Assembly: GCA_963726745.1 (NCBI GenBank) | Contig: CAVSDR010000003.1 | Coordinates: 384,001 to 448,000 of the forward strand | Origin: an uncultured Verrucomicrobiae bacterium | GTDB taxonomy: Bacteria > Verrucomicrobiota > Verrucomicrobiia > Chthoniobacterales > UBA10450 | Direction: 5' to 3' | DNA: 64,000 nt | In this document: positions 10,706 to 21,314 of the stretch, in pieces | How the letters are laid out: each line of letters opens with the position of its first letter | Position numbering within the stretch: position 1 is the first letter of the stretch | Position numbers and translations under genes: made by a program | The notes under the pieces: generated by a model | The model's database searches: none | What the model was told of the DNA's origin: nothing | The model's input: only the letters and a program-made list of their open reading frames with translations

Positions 10706-12877
10706 ATGACTGGCAGCAGCGAGTCGCCGATAGCGCCGGAGGTGCCTGCGAAACAGCCTTCCCAGCTGCACCCGCAGCAGAAGTCGATGCGCTTACGGAT
10801 CCGGGCCGACCTCCCCTGGGTCTTGCTTTTAGGCGCGACCGTCTTTTTGATTTGGTGCGCCGTTTACCATCGCTGGTCCGCCAGTGAATGGAACGTCCCG
10901 CTGAGCTACGGCGGAGATGCCACGTGGAATTTGGCCTACGTCAAAGCGCTCGTTTCCGGAGATATCCTGCCGCTTCTTCCGAAAAATCCGGCCTCCCTTG
11001 GTGCGCCCTATCGAGCCAATTGGAATGATTACCCGACGATCGAGGAAGGCATCACAACCGTTTGTGCCTTGCTGGCTTGGGTCTTCGGTCTTTTCGCCGG
11101 GCTCAACCTCGCGGTGTTTCTCGGGCAATTTCTAGCTGCGGCCGCATTCTTCCTTGTTTGTCGGGCGCTTGATTGTGCGCGTTCCTTTGCCTTTACCGGC
11201 GCGCTCTTATTTGCTTTCAGCCATTACGCCTTTGCTCGGGGCTTGCCTCATATCAGCCTGACTTACTACTGGCATTTGCCACTCGGTTTGTGGGTCATCT
11301 GGCGTTTGCTTCGGACGGCTACTCCCGCGGACGAGCGCAGGCTTCTGCTTCCGGGTGCAACGATTGCGCTGCTCTTTGCCGTCCAGAACATCTATTACAC
11401 AGGCCTCTTCCTGCAATTTCTCGTTCTCGCTGGAGTGCTGCGCGCGTTCCGCCAGAAAAGTCTGCGGGCTCTCCTTCTTCCCGGTGTCTTCGTAGCGATT
11501 ATTTTCGTGACTTTTTGCGCGATGAATTTCGACACCTTCTACAATCGGCTAACGAATGGACCGAACGAGGAGATCGTCTCGCGTTCTTATGCTGGTATGG
11601 AGCTTTATGCTTTGAAGCCGGTCGAGCTATTCCTCCCGCCGGCGCATCGACTGGAAGGGTTTCAGAGCTGGGCTAAGGCCAACTACTTCGACCAGGCGCT
11701 CTTTGTGGGAGAAGGAGGCTCTCCTTACCTTGGACTGGTCGCCATTTGCGGTTTCGGCTGGCTTTGCTGGGGCCTTTTCCGCGCGCTTGGCCAACAAAAG
11801 TTTAACGAAATCCCTTGGCCCTTCTGGCCGGTTCTTTGGATCTTCTCGTATGCCGTTGTAGGCGGCTTCAACAGCGTCATCGGCTTGGGCGGCATGGTTC
11901 TCTTTCGCGGCACCAACCGCTACAGCATTGTCCTTCTGATGTTGCTGTTAGTTTTCCTGGTTCAGGAACTAAGCCGCTTTTTTCGTCAGTCGCCGCGTCT
12001 GCCAGTGGTGCTGGGCGCCGGCGCCCTGGCCGTGTTTGGCCTTTGGGATCAACTGCCGACCTTCCAGACAGGCGCGGAAATCGACGCCCTGAAAAAGCAA
12101 CTGCACGCCGACCAGGCGGTGGTGACGACATTGGAGCAGGCTCTCCCGCCACAGGCGATGATCTTTGAGTTACCGGTGGCGAAGTTTCCGGAAGCCCTCC
12201 CGATTGTGAACATGGGCGACTACGAGCATTTTCGGCCTTACATCTTTTCCCACTCGCTGCGATTTTCCTATGGCAGCGCCAAGGGCCGCGGTCGCGAGGC
12301 CTGGCAGGACCAAGCGGTTAGTGCTGGGACGCCAGAGTTAATCAAGACGTTGGAAGCGGATGGCTTTGCCGCGGTGTTGATCAACCGGCGAGGTTATGCT
12401 GATGGTGCTGCCTCTCTACTTGCACAATTCCAACGCGACGGGCGGACGGACGTGCTTTCAAACACGGGAGATTTCGTTGCTATCCGCCTGCATCCTTCGC
12501 CTTCCCCGGTTATTCCTCCTGACTTTGTTTCCGGATGGTCCGGACTAGAGGGAATCCCGGGCGCTGATTGGAGATGGAGCGTGGGCGATGCCGAGATCGA
12601 CCTCGAGAATTCCGATCAAACCGCGCGACCAATCCGTCTCCGTTTCGGCCTAGGCACGCTTCAGCCCCGACAAGTGCGAGTCTCCGCGGGTGGAAAAGTC
12701 TTGTTGGAAAAAGCGCTCAGTCCCGAGCAAGTCGAAAGCGTCGACCTGCCTCTCTCCCTCCCCCCAGGTCGCACGAGGCTCCGCTTCGAGAGTTCCACGC
12801 CCGCCGAGAAGGCTCCGGGAGGTGATCCCCGGCATCTTTCTTTTCGCCTAACGAACTTCCAGGTCGTTCCAGACTAG
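10706..12877 (+). CDS. polytopic membrane protein, putative GT-C type glycosyltransferase with C-terminal extracytoplasmic domain
   Basis: About 12 hydrophobic segments; GGD after the first TM; convergent with a GtrB-like gene. GT-C call is inferred from architecture and context. Confidence 0.55.
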   Translation: MTGSSESPIAPEVPAKQPSQLHPQQKSMRLRIRADLPWVLLLGATVFLIWCAVYHRWSASEWNVPLSYGGDATWNLAYVKALVSGDILPLLPKNPASLGAPYRANWNDYPTIEEGITTVCALLAWVFGLFAGLNLAVFLGQFLAAAAFFLVCRALDCARSFAFTGALLFAFSHYAFARGLPHISLTYYWHLPLGLWVIWRLLRTATPADERRLLLPGATIALLFAVQNIYYTGLFLQFLVLAGVLRAFRQKSLRALLLPGVFVAIIFVTFCAMNFDTFYNRLTNGPNEEIVSRSYAGMELYALKPVELFLPPAHRLEGFQSWAKANYFDQALFVGEGGSPYLGLVAICGFGWLCWGLFRALGQQKFNEIPWPFWPVLWIFSYAVVGGFNSVIGLGGMVLFRGTNRYSIVLLMLLLVFLVQELSRFFRQSPRLPVVLGAGALAVFGLWDQLPTFQTGAEIDALKKQLHADQAVVTTLEQALPPQAMIFELPVAKFPEALPIVNMGDYEHFRPYIFSHSLRFSYGSAKGRGREAWQDQAVSAGTPELIKTLEADGFAAVLINRRGYADGAASLLAQFQRDGRTDVLSNTGDFVAIRLHPSPSPVIPPDFVSGWSGLEGIPGADWRWSVGDAEIDLENSDQTARPIRLRFGLGTLQPRQVRVSAGGKVLLEKALSPEQVESVDLPLSLPPGRTRLRFESSTPAEKAPGGDPRHLSFRLTNFQVVPD

Positions 12878-13803
12878 AAATTGATCCGTTCGCGCTCGAC
12901 AACGTGCGGCCGCTTCAGGACTTGCGTGTGGATGGCGCCAATGTACTCGCCCAGGATGCCGATAAAGAAGAGCTGGACTGACGCGAAGAGGAACAGGCCG
13001 ATCGCAACTGGGGCCACACCGACGGTGAAACGTTCCCAAAAGAGCAGCTTGTAGAAAAGGTAAGTCAAACCAACGACAAGGCTGAAGAAAGAGAGCGCAA
13101 AGCCCATCATGGTCGCCATCCGCAAAGGCACCTTTGAATGGTTGGTGATGCCCAGCATGGCCATGTCATAAAGGGTATAGAAGTTGTTTTTCGTTAAACC
13201 GCGCTTCCGCACCGGTTGACGAAAAACCACCTTCGCCGTGGGCAAGCCAATCTCCGAAATCAAACCCCGAAAGTAGGGATAAGGATCGCCAAGTTGCCGG
13301 CAATAATCGATCACCTGGCGATCGTAGAGTCCAAAGCCAGTGTAATTCTGAATTACCTCAAACTCCGCGAGGTGATGGACCAGGCGGTAATAGCTGCGCC
13401 TGATGAAGAAGAAGACCGGAGACTCATCACTTTGTTCCTTCACTCCGACGACCGCCTTGAAACCTTCTTCCCATTTCGCGACAAACTGCGGGATCATCTC
13501 CGGCGGATCCTGCAGGTCGGAAGCAAGCATGAGAACGGCATCGCCGGAAGCTTGCAAGAGACCGTGATAAGGCGAACGGATGTGCCCGAAGTTGCGGGCG
13601 TTGAGGATGACCTTGACCCGCGGATCCTCTGCCGCCAGACGGCGAAGGATTTCCTGGGTGCCATCAGTCGAGGCATTATCGATCAGGATGATCTCATGAT
13701 CATACGGCAGCTCGCGCAACACCGTGGTGACACGCCGGACAAACTCCTCCACGTTATCGGCTTCGTTGTAACAGCCGGAGACAACACTAATTAATTTAGG
13801 CAC
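12874..13803 (-). CDS. GT2 polyprenyl-phosphate glycosyltransferase (GtrB/ArnC-like)
   Basis: YNEADN, IDNASTDGT, RNFG, DLQDPP, two C-terminal TMs, GILGEYIG..RP. Confidence 0.9.
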   Translation of the reverse strand: MPKLISVVSGCYNEADNVEEFVRRVTTVLRELPYDHEIILIDNASTDGTQEILRRLAAEDPRVKVILNARNFGHIRSPYHGLLQASGDAVLMLASDLQDPPEMIPQFVAKWEEGFKAVVGVKEQSDESPVFFFIRRSYYRLVHHLAEFEVIQNYTGFGLYDRQVIDYCRQLGDPYPYFRGLISEIGLPTAKVVFRQPVRKRGLTKNNFYTLYDMAMLGITNHSKVPLRMATMMGFALSFFSLVVGLTYLFYKLLFWERFTVGVAPVAIGLFLFASVQLFFIGILGEYIGAIHTQVLKRPHVVERERINF

Positions 13804-13827
13804 AGGCAGAGCGAAGTTAAGAAACGC

Positions 13828-15576
13828 TTAAGTGCTTTCCATCTCGGTAGGCTTGGCGAAAGGTTCCATCTCCGTGATCCCACGGCCAAAAGCCATTTTC
13901 GGATAAGCATTTGCTTTCAGGTCGACCATCACCTGCAGCAGTGCGGGACCGCCGGAATGTTGCCAAAGCCAATCCACCGCTTCCTCCGTGTCGGCCGGCT
14001 CCACCACCGTGCGCGCAGCCAACCCGTAGGCTTCTGCCACCTTCTCGAAATCCGGCGCGCTATAGCCCCAGTAAGTCGATTGATAACGCCCCTCGAAGTA
14101 ACTCTCCTGGAACTGCCGCACCATGCCGTGGCAACCGTTGTTAATGACCACCATCTTAAGTGGCAATTGGTTGCGCACGGCGGTTTGCAACTCCTGGATG
14201 TTCGATTGAAACCCGCCGTCGCCCGCGATAACCACGACTGGCCGCTGCCCGCCTTCTGCGATGCTCGCGCCGACAGCCGCTGGCAGCGCAAAGCCCATGG
14301 AACCCATCCCGCCGGAGGTCAGGAAGCGCTGATCGCCGAAACACTCGATCGACTGCGCGGCCCACATTTGGTGCTGCCCGACGTCGACGACATACGCGAT
14401 GGCGGCCCGCGCGGCGCTGGTCTCGGAAAGCGCGTGCATGAATACGTTTGGGTTGATTCCCAAAGTGCCGGCTAACTGCTCGCCGGTATCGGGCCAACGC
14501 TCCTGGAGCTCCGCGATTTCCTTCCGCCAAGCTGGCGGCGCGGCCATCTGCTCCATTGCCGGATGTGCCAGGGCCTGGCGGAAAAAAGCGTTCAGCTCGC
14601 GGTGGTGCGCTCGCACCCCGGTGACGCGGTTATTCATCTCGGCCAGATCGCAGTCGACTTGGAAGATCGACTTGTCGCCCTTGAAACTCTTCGGGTCGGC
14701 GCCGGTTTGGCGCACGTCCAGCCGGCTGCCAAGGACCAACAAAAAATCGCACGCGCCCATCGCCAGGTTAGCCCAGCGGTTGCCGTAGGATCCGATCATG
14801 CCGAAGCGTTGAGGATCATCATAGGCCAGCACATCAGCCGCCATAAGTGAGTTCACCGTGGGAATGCCCGCGCGCGCGACGAACCGACGGCACTGCTCCA
14901 CCGCCAGGCCCGAGCGCACCCCGCCGCCGACGAGAATCAGCGGCCGCTGGGCCCGCGCCATCTGGGCAAAGAGATCATCATAGAACTCGGAGTCCTCCCG
15001 GTCTTCCTTGGACTCGTTAGGCATGATCCGTTGCGGCGGCGGGGCGTTCACCGGACCGCGCTGCACGTCCATCGGGATGTCGAGCAAGACCGGGCCGGGC
15101 CGGCCGGAAAGGGCCAGGCGGAAGGCACGCTCGAGCGCTTCGGGTAATTCTGCCGCCGAACGCACCATCCAGGCCGCCTTGGTGATCGGCAGCGCCATCG
15201 AAACGATGTCGGTTTCCTGGAAGCCGAGCTGGCGGACCGCGCGCTCGCCTTTCTGCTCATGCAGGTTGACCTGCCCGGTGATGAAAACCGCCGGCGTGGA
15301 ATCGAAGTAACAGCTCCCAATGCCCGTAAGCAGATTGGTCGCGCCGGGCCCGCTCGTGGCCATGGCCACACCCGGGATGCCTGAGATTCGCCCGGCGCCC
15401 TCGGCCGCGAACGCAGCGCCCTGCTCGTGATGCATCGAGAGAATGCGAACGCTGCCTTCGCGGTGAATCGCATCGAGCAGCGAGGTAATCATGCCTCCGC
15501 TCATCTCGAAAACTGCCGGAACCTTTTGCGCCGCCAGGAAGCGCGCCAAATAGTCGTTTGCCCTGTAAGATTCCAT
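13828..15576 (-). CDS. thiamine-diphosphate enzyme, acetolactate-synthase-like (YerE-type candidate)
   Basis: HHEQGAAFAA, TSGPGATN, GDGG...NN ThDP motif; sits inside a CDP-sugar operon with no regulatory subunit. Confidence 0.85.
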   Translation of the reverse strand: MESYRANDYLARFLAAQKVPAVFEMSGGMITSLLDAIHREGSVRILSMHHEQGAAFAAEGAGRISGIPGVAMATSGPGATNLLTGIGSCYFDSTPAVFITGQVNLHEQKGERAVRQLGFQETDIVSMALPITKAAWMVRSAAELPEALERAFRLALSGRPGPVLLDIPMDVQRGPVNAPPPQRIMPNESKEDREDSEFYDDLFAQMARAQRPLILVGGGVRSGLAVEQCRRFVARAGIPTVNSLMAADVLAYDDPQRFGMIGSYGNRWANLAMGACDFLLVLGSRLDVRQTGADPKSFKGDKSIFQVDCDLAEMNNRVTGVRAHHRELNAFFRQALAHPAMEQMAAPPAWRKEIAELQERWPDTGEQLAGTLGINPNVFMHALSETSAARAAIAYVVDVGQHQMWAAQSIECFGDQRFLTSGGMGSMGFALPAAVGASIAEGGQRPVVVIAGDGGFQSNIQELQTAVRNQLPLKMVVINNGCHGMVRQFQESYFEGRYQSTYWGYSAPDFEKVAEAYGLAARTVVEPADTEEAVDWLWQHSGGPALLQVMVDLKANAYPKMAFGRGITEMEPFAKPTEMEST

Positions 15577-15593
15577 CCCCGGAGGCTACAGCG

Positions 15594-16688
15594 TTAGCTC
15601 GAAAGCTCAACGGCCCGGACCGAATGCCCGGCCTCGGAACTTAGCCAGCACTTTGTGCGGCGCAGCGCTTCGTCGAGTCCGACATGAGGCGACCAGCCCA
15701 GCTCCTGGCGGAGCCGCGCGGTCGAAGGAATATACCGCGCCACTGGCCGCGAAGGATCGGGCGGCTGCGCCACTTTCACGGCGCTCGCCTCGAGTGCGAA
15801 ACATCGGGCCACCCGCGCCGCGAGCTCGCGGATGCTCACGGCTTCCTCGGAGCCAAGATTATAGGCCCGGCCGTCCGCCCCGGCGATAAGCAACGTCCAC
15901 AGACCGACGGCTAAATCGGTGCCATAAAGGTAGGAGCGTAGCGGCGTGCCATCGCCGGCGACGCGCAGCGGCCCGCCGGCCAGCGCGTCGGCGAGGAAAT
16001 TGCCGATGGCAAAATTTTTGCCTAGCGGAAGGTAAGGCCCCACGAAGGCGAAGGCACGGGCTACCATAGTCGCGATGCCATGGTGCCGACCAAATCCGGC
16101 GCAAAGCATTTCGGCATAGCGCTTGGCTTCGCCATAAGCCGCCTCGGCTCCGGCCGGATCCAGCGCGCTGGGGTGATCCTCCGGGAGATGGGAGACAGTC
16201 TCCGGTTGCGGCCCGTAAACCGCTCCGGAGCTAACGAAAAGTAACCGCCGGGCGCCCGCCGCCTGCGCAAAGTGCAGCGTGGCCCGCGTGCCATCGGCGA
16301 TGGTCTCGGCGATGGCCAGCGCATGCGCGGTGTCCCGATGTGCAGCTGCATCCATCGCTGCGTGGAGCACAAAGTGAAACCGACCGCTCTCTCCGAGCTG
16401 TGCCCTCACGGCTTCGTGAGTGAAGGTGCGCACGTCGCCGGAGACGAAATGGAGCGCAGGATTGCCAGCGAGATGCGGCGCATTCGCGCAGAATTTTTCC
16501 GGGTCGCGGCTTAGCACCACCACTTCCGCGCGCAGGTCCAACGCAGCATTCGCCCGGGCAAAGCTCTCCAGCAGCCAGCGTCCGAAAAAGCCCGTTCCGC
16601 CGGTGATGAAGATCCGCTGGCCGCGCAGCTTTTCCCAATGCGGCCCTACGCCGCGGACGATTTCATCAAGATCATCGGGCGGCAGCAT
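15594..16688 (-). CDS. NAD-dependent epimerase/dehydratase (extended SDR)
   Basis: ITGGTGFFG, SSGAVYG, YGEAK (YxxxK). Confidence 0.9.
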   Translation of the reverse strand: MLPPDDLDEIVRGVGPHWEKLRGQRIFITGGTGFFGRWLLESFARANAALDLRAEVVVLSRDPEKFCANAPHLAGNPALHFVSGDVRTFTHEAVRAQLGESGRFHFVLHAAMDAAAHRDTAHALAIAETIADGTRATLHFAQAAGARRLLFVSSGAVYGPQPETVSHLPEDHPSALDPAGAEAAYGEAKRYAEMLCAGFGRHHGIATMVARAFAFVGPYLPLGKNFAIGNFLADALAGGPLRVAGDGTPLRSYLYGTDLAVGLWTLLIAGADGRAYNLGSEEAVSIRELAARVARCFALEASAVKVAQPPDPSRPVARYIPSTARLRQELGWSPHVGLDEALRRTKCWLSSEAGHSVRAVELSS

Positions 16689-18151
16689 GAGCGCGGTGGC
16701 TGCGAGCGAAACGCTGAATCGTCTCCGTCATGTAATCGATCATCTCGCTGGTTAATCCTGGATAAACGCCCACGAAAATCGCTTCGTTCATGATCCGGTC
16801 AGCGCCGGCGAGATCGCCAATGATGCGCATGCTTTTCGGGTTTTCTTTTCGAAGCTGCACGAAGGCTGGCTGGCGCACCAGGTTGCCGCCAAAAAGCATC
16901 CGGTTTCCGATGCGCGCGCGGTCCAGTTCCTTGGCTAATTCCAGCCGCGTGAATGGTGCACCCGGCTTCACGAGCAACATGAACCCAAACCAACTGCAAT
17001 CCGTCTGGCAACCGCTCGCAGTCCCACTGAAAGCCGTCGCGCGTCCACGCGGTCGCGTGCGTCGGCAGGGAGAACTCGAAGAACTCCTCGAGATCGGCCA
17101 GCCCGCGGCGGAGCTGTTCCCAGTTTGCTTTTCGCGCTTCCACGAACGCCGGCAGCTTGTCGAGTTGCTTTAAGCCAATCGCCGCCTGCGGGTCGAGCGG
17201 CTTCAGGTTATAGCCGAGGTGGCTGTAGATATATTTGTGGTCGTAGCCGTGCGGAAGCTCGCCGAGTTGCCAGCCAAAGCGCTTGTTGCAGGTGTTATCC
17301 ATCCCGCTGGCGCACCAGCAATCGCGGCCCCAGTCGCGGAAGCTTTCCACCAGCACCTTGAAGTGCATCCGGCTGACGATATTGACCGCGCCGCCTTCAC
17401 CGAGGGTGAGGTGATGCGGCGGGTAAAACGATTGCGTGGAGAGATCGCCCCAGGTGCCGGTCGGCTTGGTCACGCTCTCGCCCGACGGCAGCTTGCGCGT
17501 GTAGGTGCAACCAAGCGCGTCGCAGTTGTCCTCGATCAGGGTGAGATTGTGCTTCGCGCAAAATTGGAGCACGGCATCGAGCTGGAAAGGATTGCCGAGC
17601 GTGTGCGCGAACATGACCGCCTTCGTCTTCCCCGGGGTGAAAGCTTCTTCGAGCATGCGCACATCGGCGTTGCCGGTTACCGGGTCGTTATCGATGAAGA
17701 CTGGCACGGCGCCGTTCTGGATCATCGGCGCGACCGTGGTCGGGAACCCCGCGGCGCAGGTGATCACCTCGTCCCCCGGGAGCACGCGCTTTTCGTCGGG
17801 CAATTTATGACTCGTTAGGGCGCTGAAGGCCACGAGATTGGCCGAGGAACCAGAGTTGACCAGGATCGACTTTTTGACCCCGAGAAATTTAGCCAGCCGG
17901 CTCTCGAACTCCTCGCCTTCCTTCCCCAGGGTGAGCCAAAAATCGAGCATGCTCGAAACGCCTGCCTCGACTTCGTCCTCGGTGAAAACGCGGCCGGCAT
18001 ACGGCACCGTGGTTTCGCCCGGGACAAATTTAGCCGGCAAATTCTCCTCGTAGCCGGGCCGCTGGGCGCCGTGCATTTGCCGCGAATACTCGCGGGTCAG
18101 GCGCAGGATTTCGGATTTGATTTCGTCGGGCGTTTTCAAGCTTTCGTCCAT
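16672..18151 (-). CDS. rfbH: CDP-4-keto-6-deoxy-D-glucose 3-dehydrase (E1/DdhC); frameshift near 17020
   Basis: [22 protein letters not shown] with His at the usual PLP-Lys site; Fe-S motif DCWC...NTC; GYDHKY; C-terminus in ORF 16672-16980. Confidence 0.92.
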
Positions 18152-19239
18152 GGCAGGTCGCTGCGCGCGGCGGCGGATTGGTAAGCTTCAATCTGTTGGC
18201 GCGTGAAGGCCAATAATTCCGCGCTCTCCAGCTTTTGCGCCTGGCGATACCACTGCGCGGTCGCCTCCACGGTTTGCTCGAAATTCCAGGCCGGGCGCCA
18301 GTCAAGCAAATGGAACGCCTTGTCGGTCGCGAGATTGAGCAGCTTCGCTTCGTGAACCGCGCGGGGATCTGATTGATCGCTCCATGCGCCCGGCCAATGC
18401 CGGAGAAATTCCTCGACCAACTGCGCCACCGTGCGGTTCGAGCTGAGGCTCGGCCCGAAATTGAAAGCGCTGGCTAAATCCTCCAGGCGACGGCCCGCCG
18501 CGAGCGCTTGTCCGAGGGCGAGATATCCGCTCAGCGGCTCGAGCACATGCTGCCACGGGCGGGTGGAAACCTTGTTCCGCACCGGAATGGCTTCGCCGCG
18601 CTGGAGCGCGCGCACGCTGTCGGGAATGATCCGATCCTCCGCCCAGTCGCCGCCGCCGATCACGTTGCCGGCGCGCGCGCTCGCGAGGCGCACTTTCGGA
18701 TCGGTCGTCGGGTGGAAGAACGAGCGCCGGTAAGCGCCGATCGCGATTTCCGCCGCGGCCTTGCTCGAGCTGTAGGGATCGTAACCGCCTAACGAGTCCT
18801 CCTCGCGGTAGCTGTGGAGCCATTCGCGGTTCTCGTAGCATTTGTCGGTCGTGACCATGACCGCGGCGCAGGGGTGCTCCACTGCCCGCAGCGCCTCGAG
18901 CACATGGACCGTGCCCATGACGTTGGTCGCGTAAGTTTCGACCGGTTCGCGATAGGAAAGGCGGACCAGCGGCTGAGCCGCGAGATGAAAGACGAAGTCC
19001 GGCCGGAAGGCGATAAGCGACGCTTTCACCGCCGCCGGATCGCGCACATCGCTGATCTCGTGCGCCAGTTTAGCCGACAACTTCAGCTGCTCGAACAGGC
19101 TCGGGGTGGTCGGCGGCTCCAGCGCAAAACCGTGCACCTCGGCGCCAAGTTCGCTCAGCCAGAGCGCAAGCCACGAGCCCTTGAAGCCGGTGTGCCCCGA
19201 GAGCCAGACGCGCTTCCCTGCATAAGCTCCCGCAAACAT
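18136..19239 (-). CDS. rfbG: CDP-glucose 4,6-dehydratase
   Basis: [52 protein letters not shown]. Confidence 0.96.
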   Translation of the reverse strand: MFAGAYAGKRVWLSGHTGFKGSWLALWLSELGAEVHGFALEPPTTPSLFEQLKLSAKLAHEISDVRDPAAVKASLIAFRPDFVFHLAAQPLVRLSYREPVETYATNVMGTVHVLEALRAVEHPCAAVMVTTDKCYENREWLHSYREEDSLGGYDPYSSSKAAAEIAIGAYRRSFFHPTTDPKVRLASARAGNVIGGGDWAEDRIIPDSVRALQRGEAIPVRNKVSTRPWQHVLEPLSGYLALGQALAAGRRLEDLASAFNFGPSLSSNRTVAQLVEEFLRHWPGAWSDQSDPRAVHEAKLLNLATDKAFHLLDWRPAWNFEQTVEATAQWYRQAQKLESAELLAFTRQQIEAYQSAAARSDLPWTKA

Positions 19240-20022
19240 CTACCAGACTTTCCAGGGCGCGCGGTTCTCGCTCCACATCCCGTTCAGGAGGGTGAACTCC
19301 TGGAAGGTGTCCATCGGTTGCCAGAAACCCTCGTGTTTGTAGGCGCCCATAAGGCCATCCTCAGCCACGTTTTTGAGCGTTTCCTGCTCGAGCATGGTCT
19401 CGGGAAATTTTTCGATGTAATCGAACAAGCGCCGGTCGCAGACCATATAACCGCCGTTGATATAGCCGGTCTCGAGCTGCGGCTTTTCGTTAAAGCCATG
19501 GACCGCCGAGTCGTCTCCCATGCTCAACTCGCCGAAGCGCCCCGGCGGATGCACCGCCATGAGCGTGCAGACCTTCTTCGAAGCCTGATGCGCCGCGATC
19601 GCCCCGGGAATATCGACGTTGCCCACGCCGTCGCCGTAGGTCAGGAGAAACGTTTGGTCATCGCCGAGATATTTACGCGCGCGATAAATGCGTTCGCCGG
19701 TGAGCGAATCGGCGCCGGTATCGGCCAGAGTCACCTGCCAATCTTCCTCGGTGTGGCGGGTGTGAAATCTGGCCTGCGGTTCCTGCCCGAGATAGAGCGT
19801 GGTGTCGCAGGTGTTCCAGAGATAGTTCCGGAAGTATTCCTTGATCACCTCGCCCTTGTAGCCCAGGCAAAGGATGAACTCCTTGAAGCCGTAATGCGCG
19901 TACGTCTTCATGATGTGCCAGAGAATCGGCCGATCGCCGATCGGGAGCATGGGCTTCGGGCGAAACTCCGTTTCTTCCCGGAGCCGCGTGCCTTTTCCGC
20001 CGCAAAGGATCATCACTTTCAT
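19240..20022 (-). CDS. rfbF: glucose-1-phosphate cytidylyltransferase
   Basis: LCGGKGTRLREET..PKPM, LTYGDG, HEGFWQPMDT, APWKVW. Confidence 0.96.
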   Translation of the reverse strand: MKVMILCGGKGTRLREETEFRPKPMLPIGDRPILWHIMKTYAHYGFKEFILCLGYKGEVIKEYFRNYLWNTCDTTLYLGQEPQARFHTRHTEEDWQVTLADTGADSLTGERIYRARKYLGDDQTFLLTYGDGVGNVDIPGAIAAHQASKKVCTLMAVHPPGRFGELSMGDDSAVHGFNEKPQLETGYINGGYMVCDRRLFDYIEKFPETMLEQETLKNVAEDGLMGAYKHEGFWQPMDTFQEFTLLNGMWSENRAPWKVW

Positions 20023-21314
20023 TTGGGTGCTGCGGGAGCTCGCAAAATGGAGTTCGCCGACGGCGCGGAAGGTCCGTCGAAAGCGAGGCCAAGTCTAGTG
20101 CCCGGTTTCGGGAGGAAGCGCTCGGCTGCCTGGGCGACCTCAGTTGCACCCAAGGCCCGTGCCGTCAGCAGCACTTCGCTGATCCGGCCGCGATACGGAC
20201 GGTCGCCCCGGAACCAATTGCCCACCGTGAGCGGGGTGTCGCTCGCGGTCATCGGCTGTTCCAAGACCAAGCTTTGTTGCAGCGCTCCGTCGAGGTAGAT
20301 GGCCACCTGTTTAGCCGAAGACGAGACCACCAGATGGTGTTCACGTTGCGCTTCCACGGAGATTGGCTTGCTGCTCATGAAGGAATTTCCCTGCCCGAAG
20401 TGACACTGAATTTCATTCGGCGCCCCGCTGCCTTGAATCGTGAAACCGTCGAAATGGGCTCCCGGATGATTGGAGAGCAAAGTGGCGTAAGGAACCTCCA
20501 CGGCAGCCGGAGTGAAGATCATTTCGATCGAGAAGTCACCGGCGAGCTGGAAAAGTCGCCAATCGAAAGGATAACTCACGCAGGCCCCGTCTGCGTCGAA
20601 CAAGGCGTGCGGCGGATCGAGGAGAACCGCATGGCGATGCTGGCCTGCGACCCGCTGTGCGACCGGGTAAAGGATGGCGTTGAAGTGGTCCCAGTTGATC
20701 TGCGAGAGCGCTGCGAAACCGAAGACGCGGCCCGCTACGCTGGCCCAGATCGCCAACAACAGGGCAGCGCCAAGCGCGCTCCTGCGGACCCATTTCTCCT
20801 TCCGCGCGGCGACGCTCAAGAATCGATCCTGCAGGCTGATCGCCGACAGCAGCAGCCCCGCCAGCCCCAAGGTCAGCGGCATCGTCCCGCTGCCAAATGC
20901 ATCCTGGAAGACTTCCAGCCGATGCGCTGCGACCAGGATCCAGCCAACAGCCAAAGCTGCCGCTCCCAAGGCTCCGAGATAATGACGCGAGCAAGCCGCC
21001 TCTTGCCCTGCCAGCCAATGATGCCGCACCCGCCGCGTCATTCTATGCGCGACAAAAACACCGAGGGGGCTCGCCAGGACGAGGAGCACATAAAGCGTGC
21101 GCTCGCCTGGCTCGGGAGCCAAAGCCTGCGCCGCCCAGGGGACAAGTTGATCCTTGCTCGAGAGATCCGGTTCCCGCCACGGATGCAGCTTAACGAGGAT
21201 GAAACCCAGGGCCCAAAGGAGCAGAACCGTCAACAGCCAGGTGCAAACGGCGTCGCCAATTTCCTCACGACTCCGCGCTCTCATCGGTCCCAGAGAAATA
21301 GCCAGCGTTTTCAC
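20019..21314 (-). CDS. membrane protein with C-terminal LamG/concanavalin-like domain
   Basis: About 5 TMs, then FSIEMIF...HHLVV...IYLDG...LTVG...YRGRISEV...RAL...EV; stop overlaps the rfbF start (ATGA). Confidence 0.7.
   Translation of the reverse strand: MKTLAISLGPMRARSREEIGDAVCTWLLTVLLLWALGFILVKLHPWREPDLSSKDQLVPWAAQALAPEPGERTLYVLLVLASPLGVFVAHRMTRRVRHHWLAGQEAACSRHYLGALGAAALAVGWILVAAHRLEVFQDAFGSGTMPLTLGLAGLLLSAISLQDRFLSVAARKEKWVRRSALGAALLLAIWASVAGRVFGFAALSQINWDHFNAILYPVAQRVAGQHRHAVLLDPPHALFDADGACVSYPFDWRLFQLAGDFSIEMIFTPAAVEVPYATLLSNHPGAHFDGFTIQGSGAPNEIQCHFGQGNSFMSSKPISVEAQREHHLVVSSSAKQVAIYLDGALQQSLVLEQPMTASDTPLTVGNWFRGDRPYRGRISEVLLTARALGATEVAQAAERFLPKPGTRLGLAFDGPSAPSANSILRAPAAPK

Noticed and set aside
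18814..20298. Long alternative-frame and antisense ORFs (e.g. 18814-20298, 54255-55730, 57980-60796 tail, 61514 extension)
   Set aside because: Shadow ORFs of real genes in GC-rich DNA or products of frameshift errors; no recognisable motifs.
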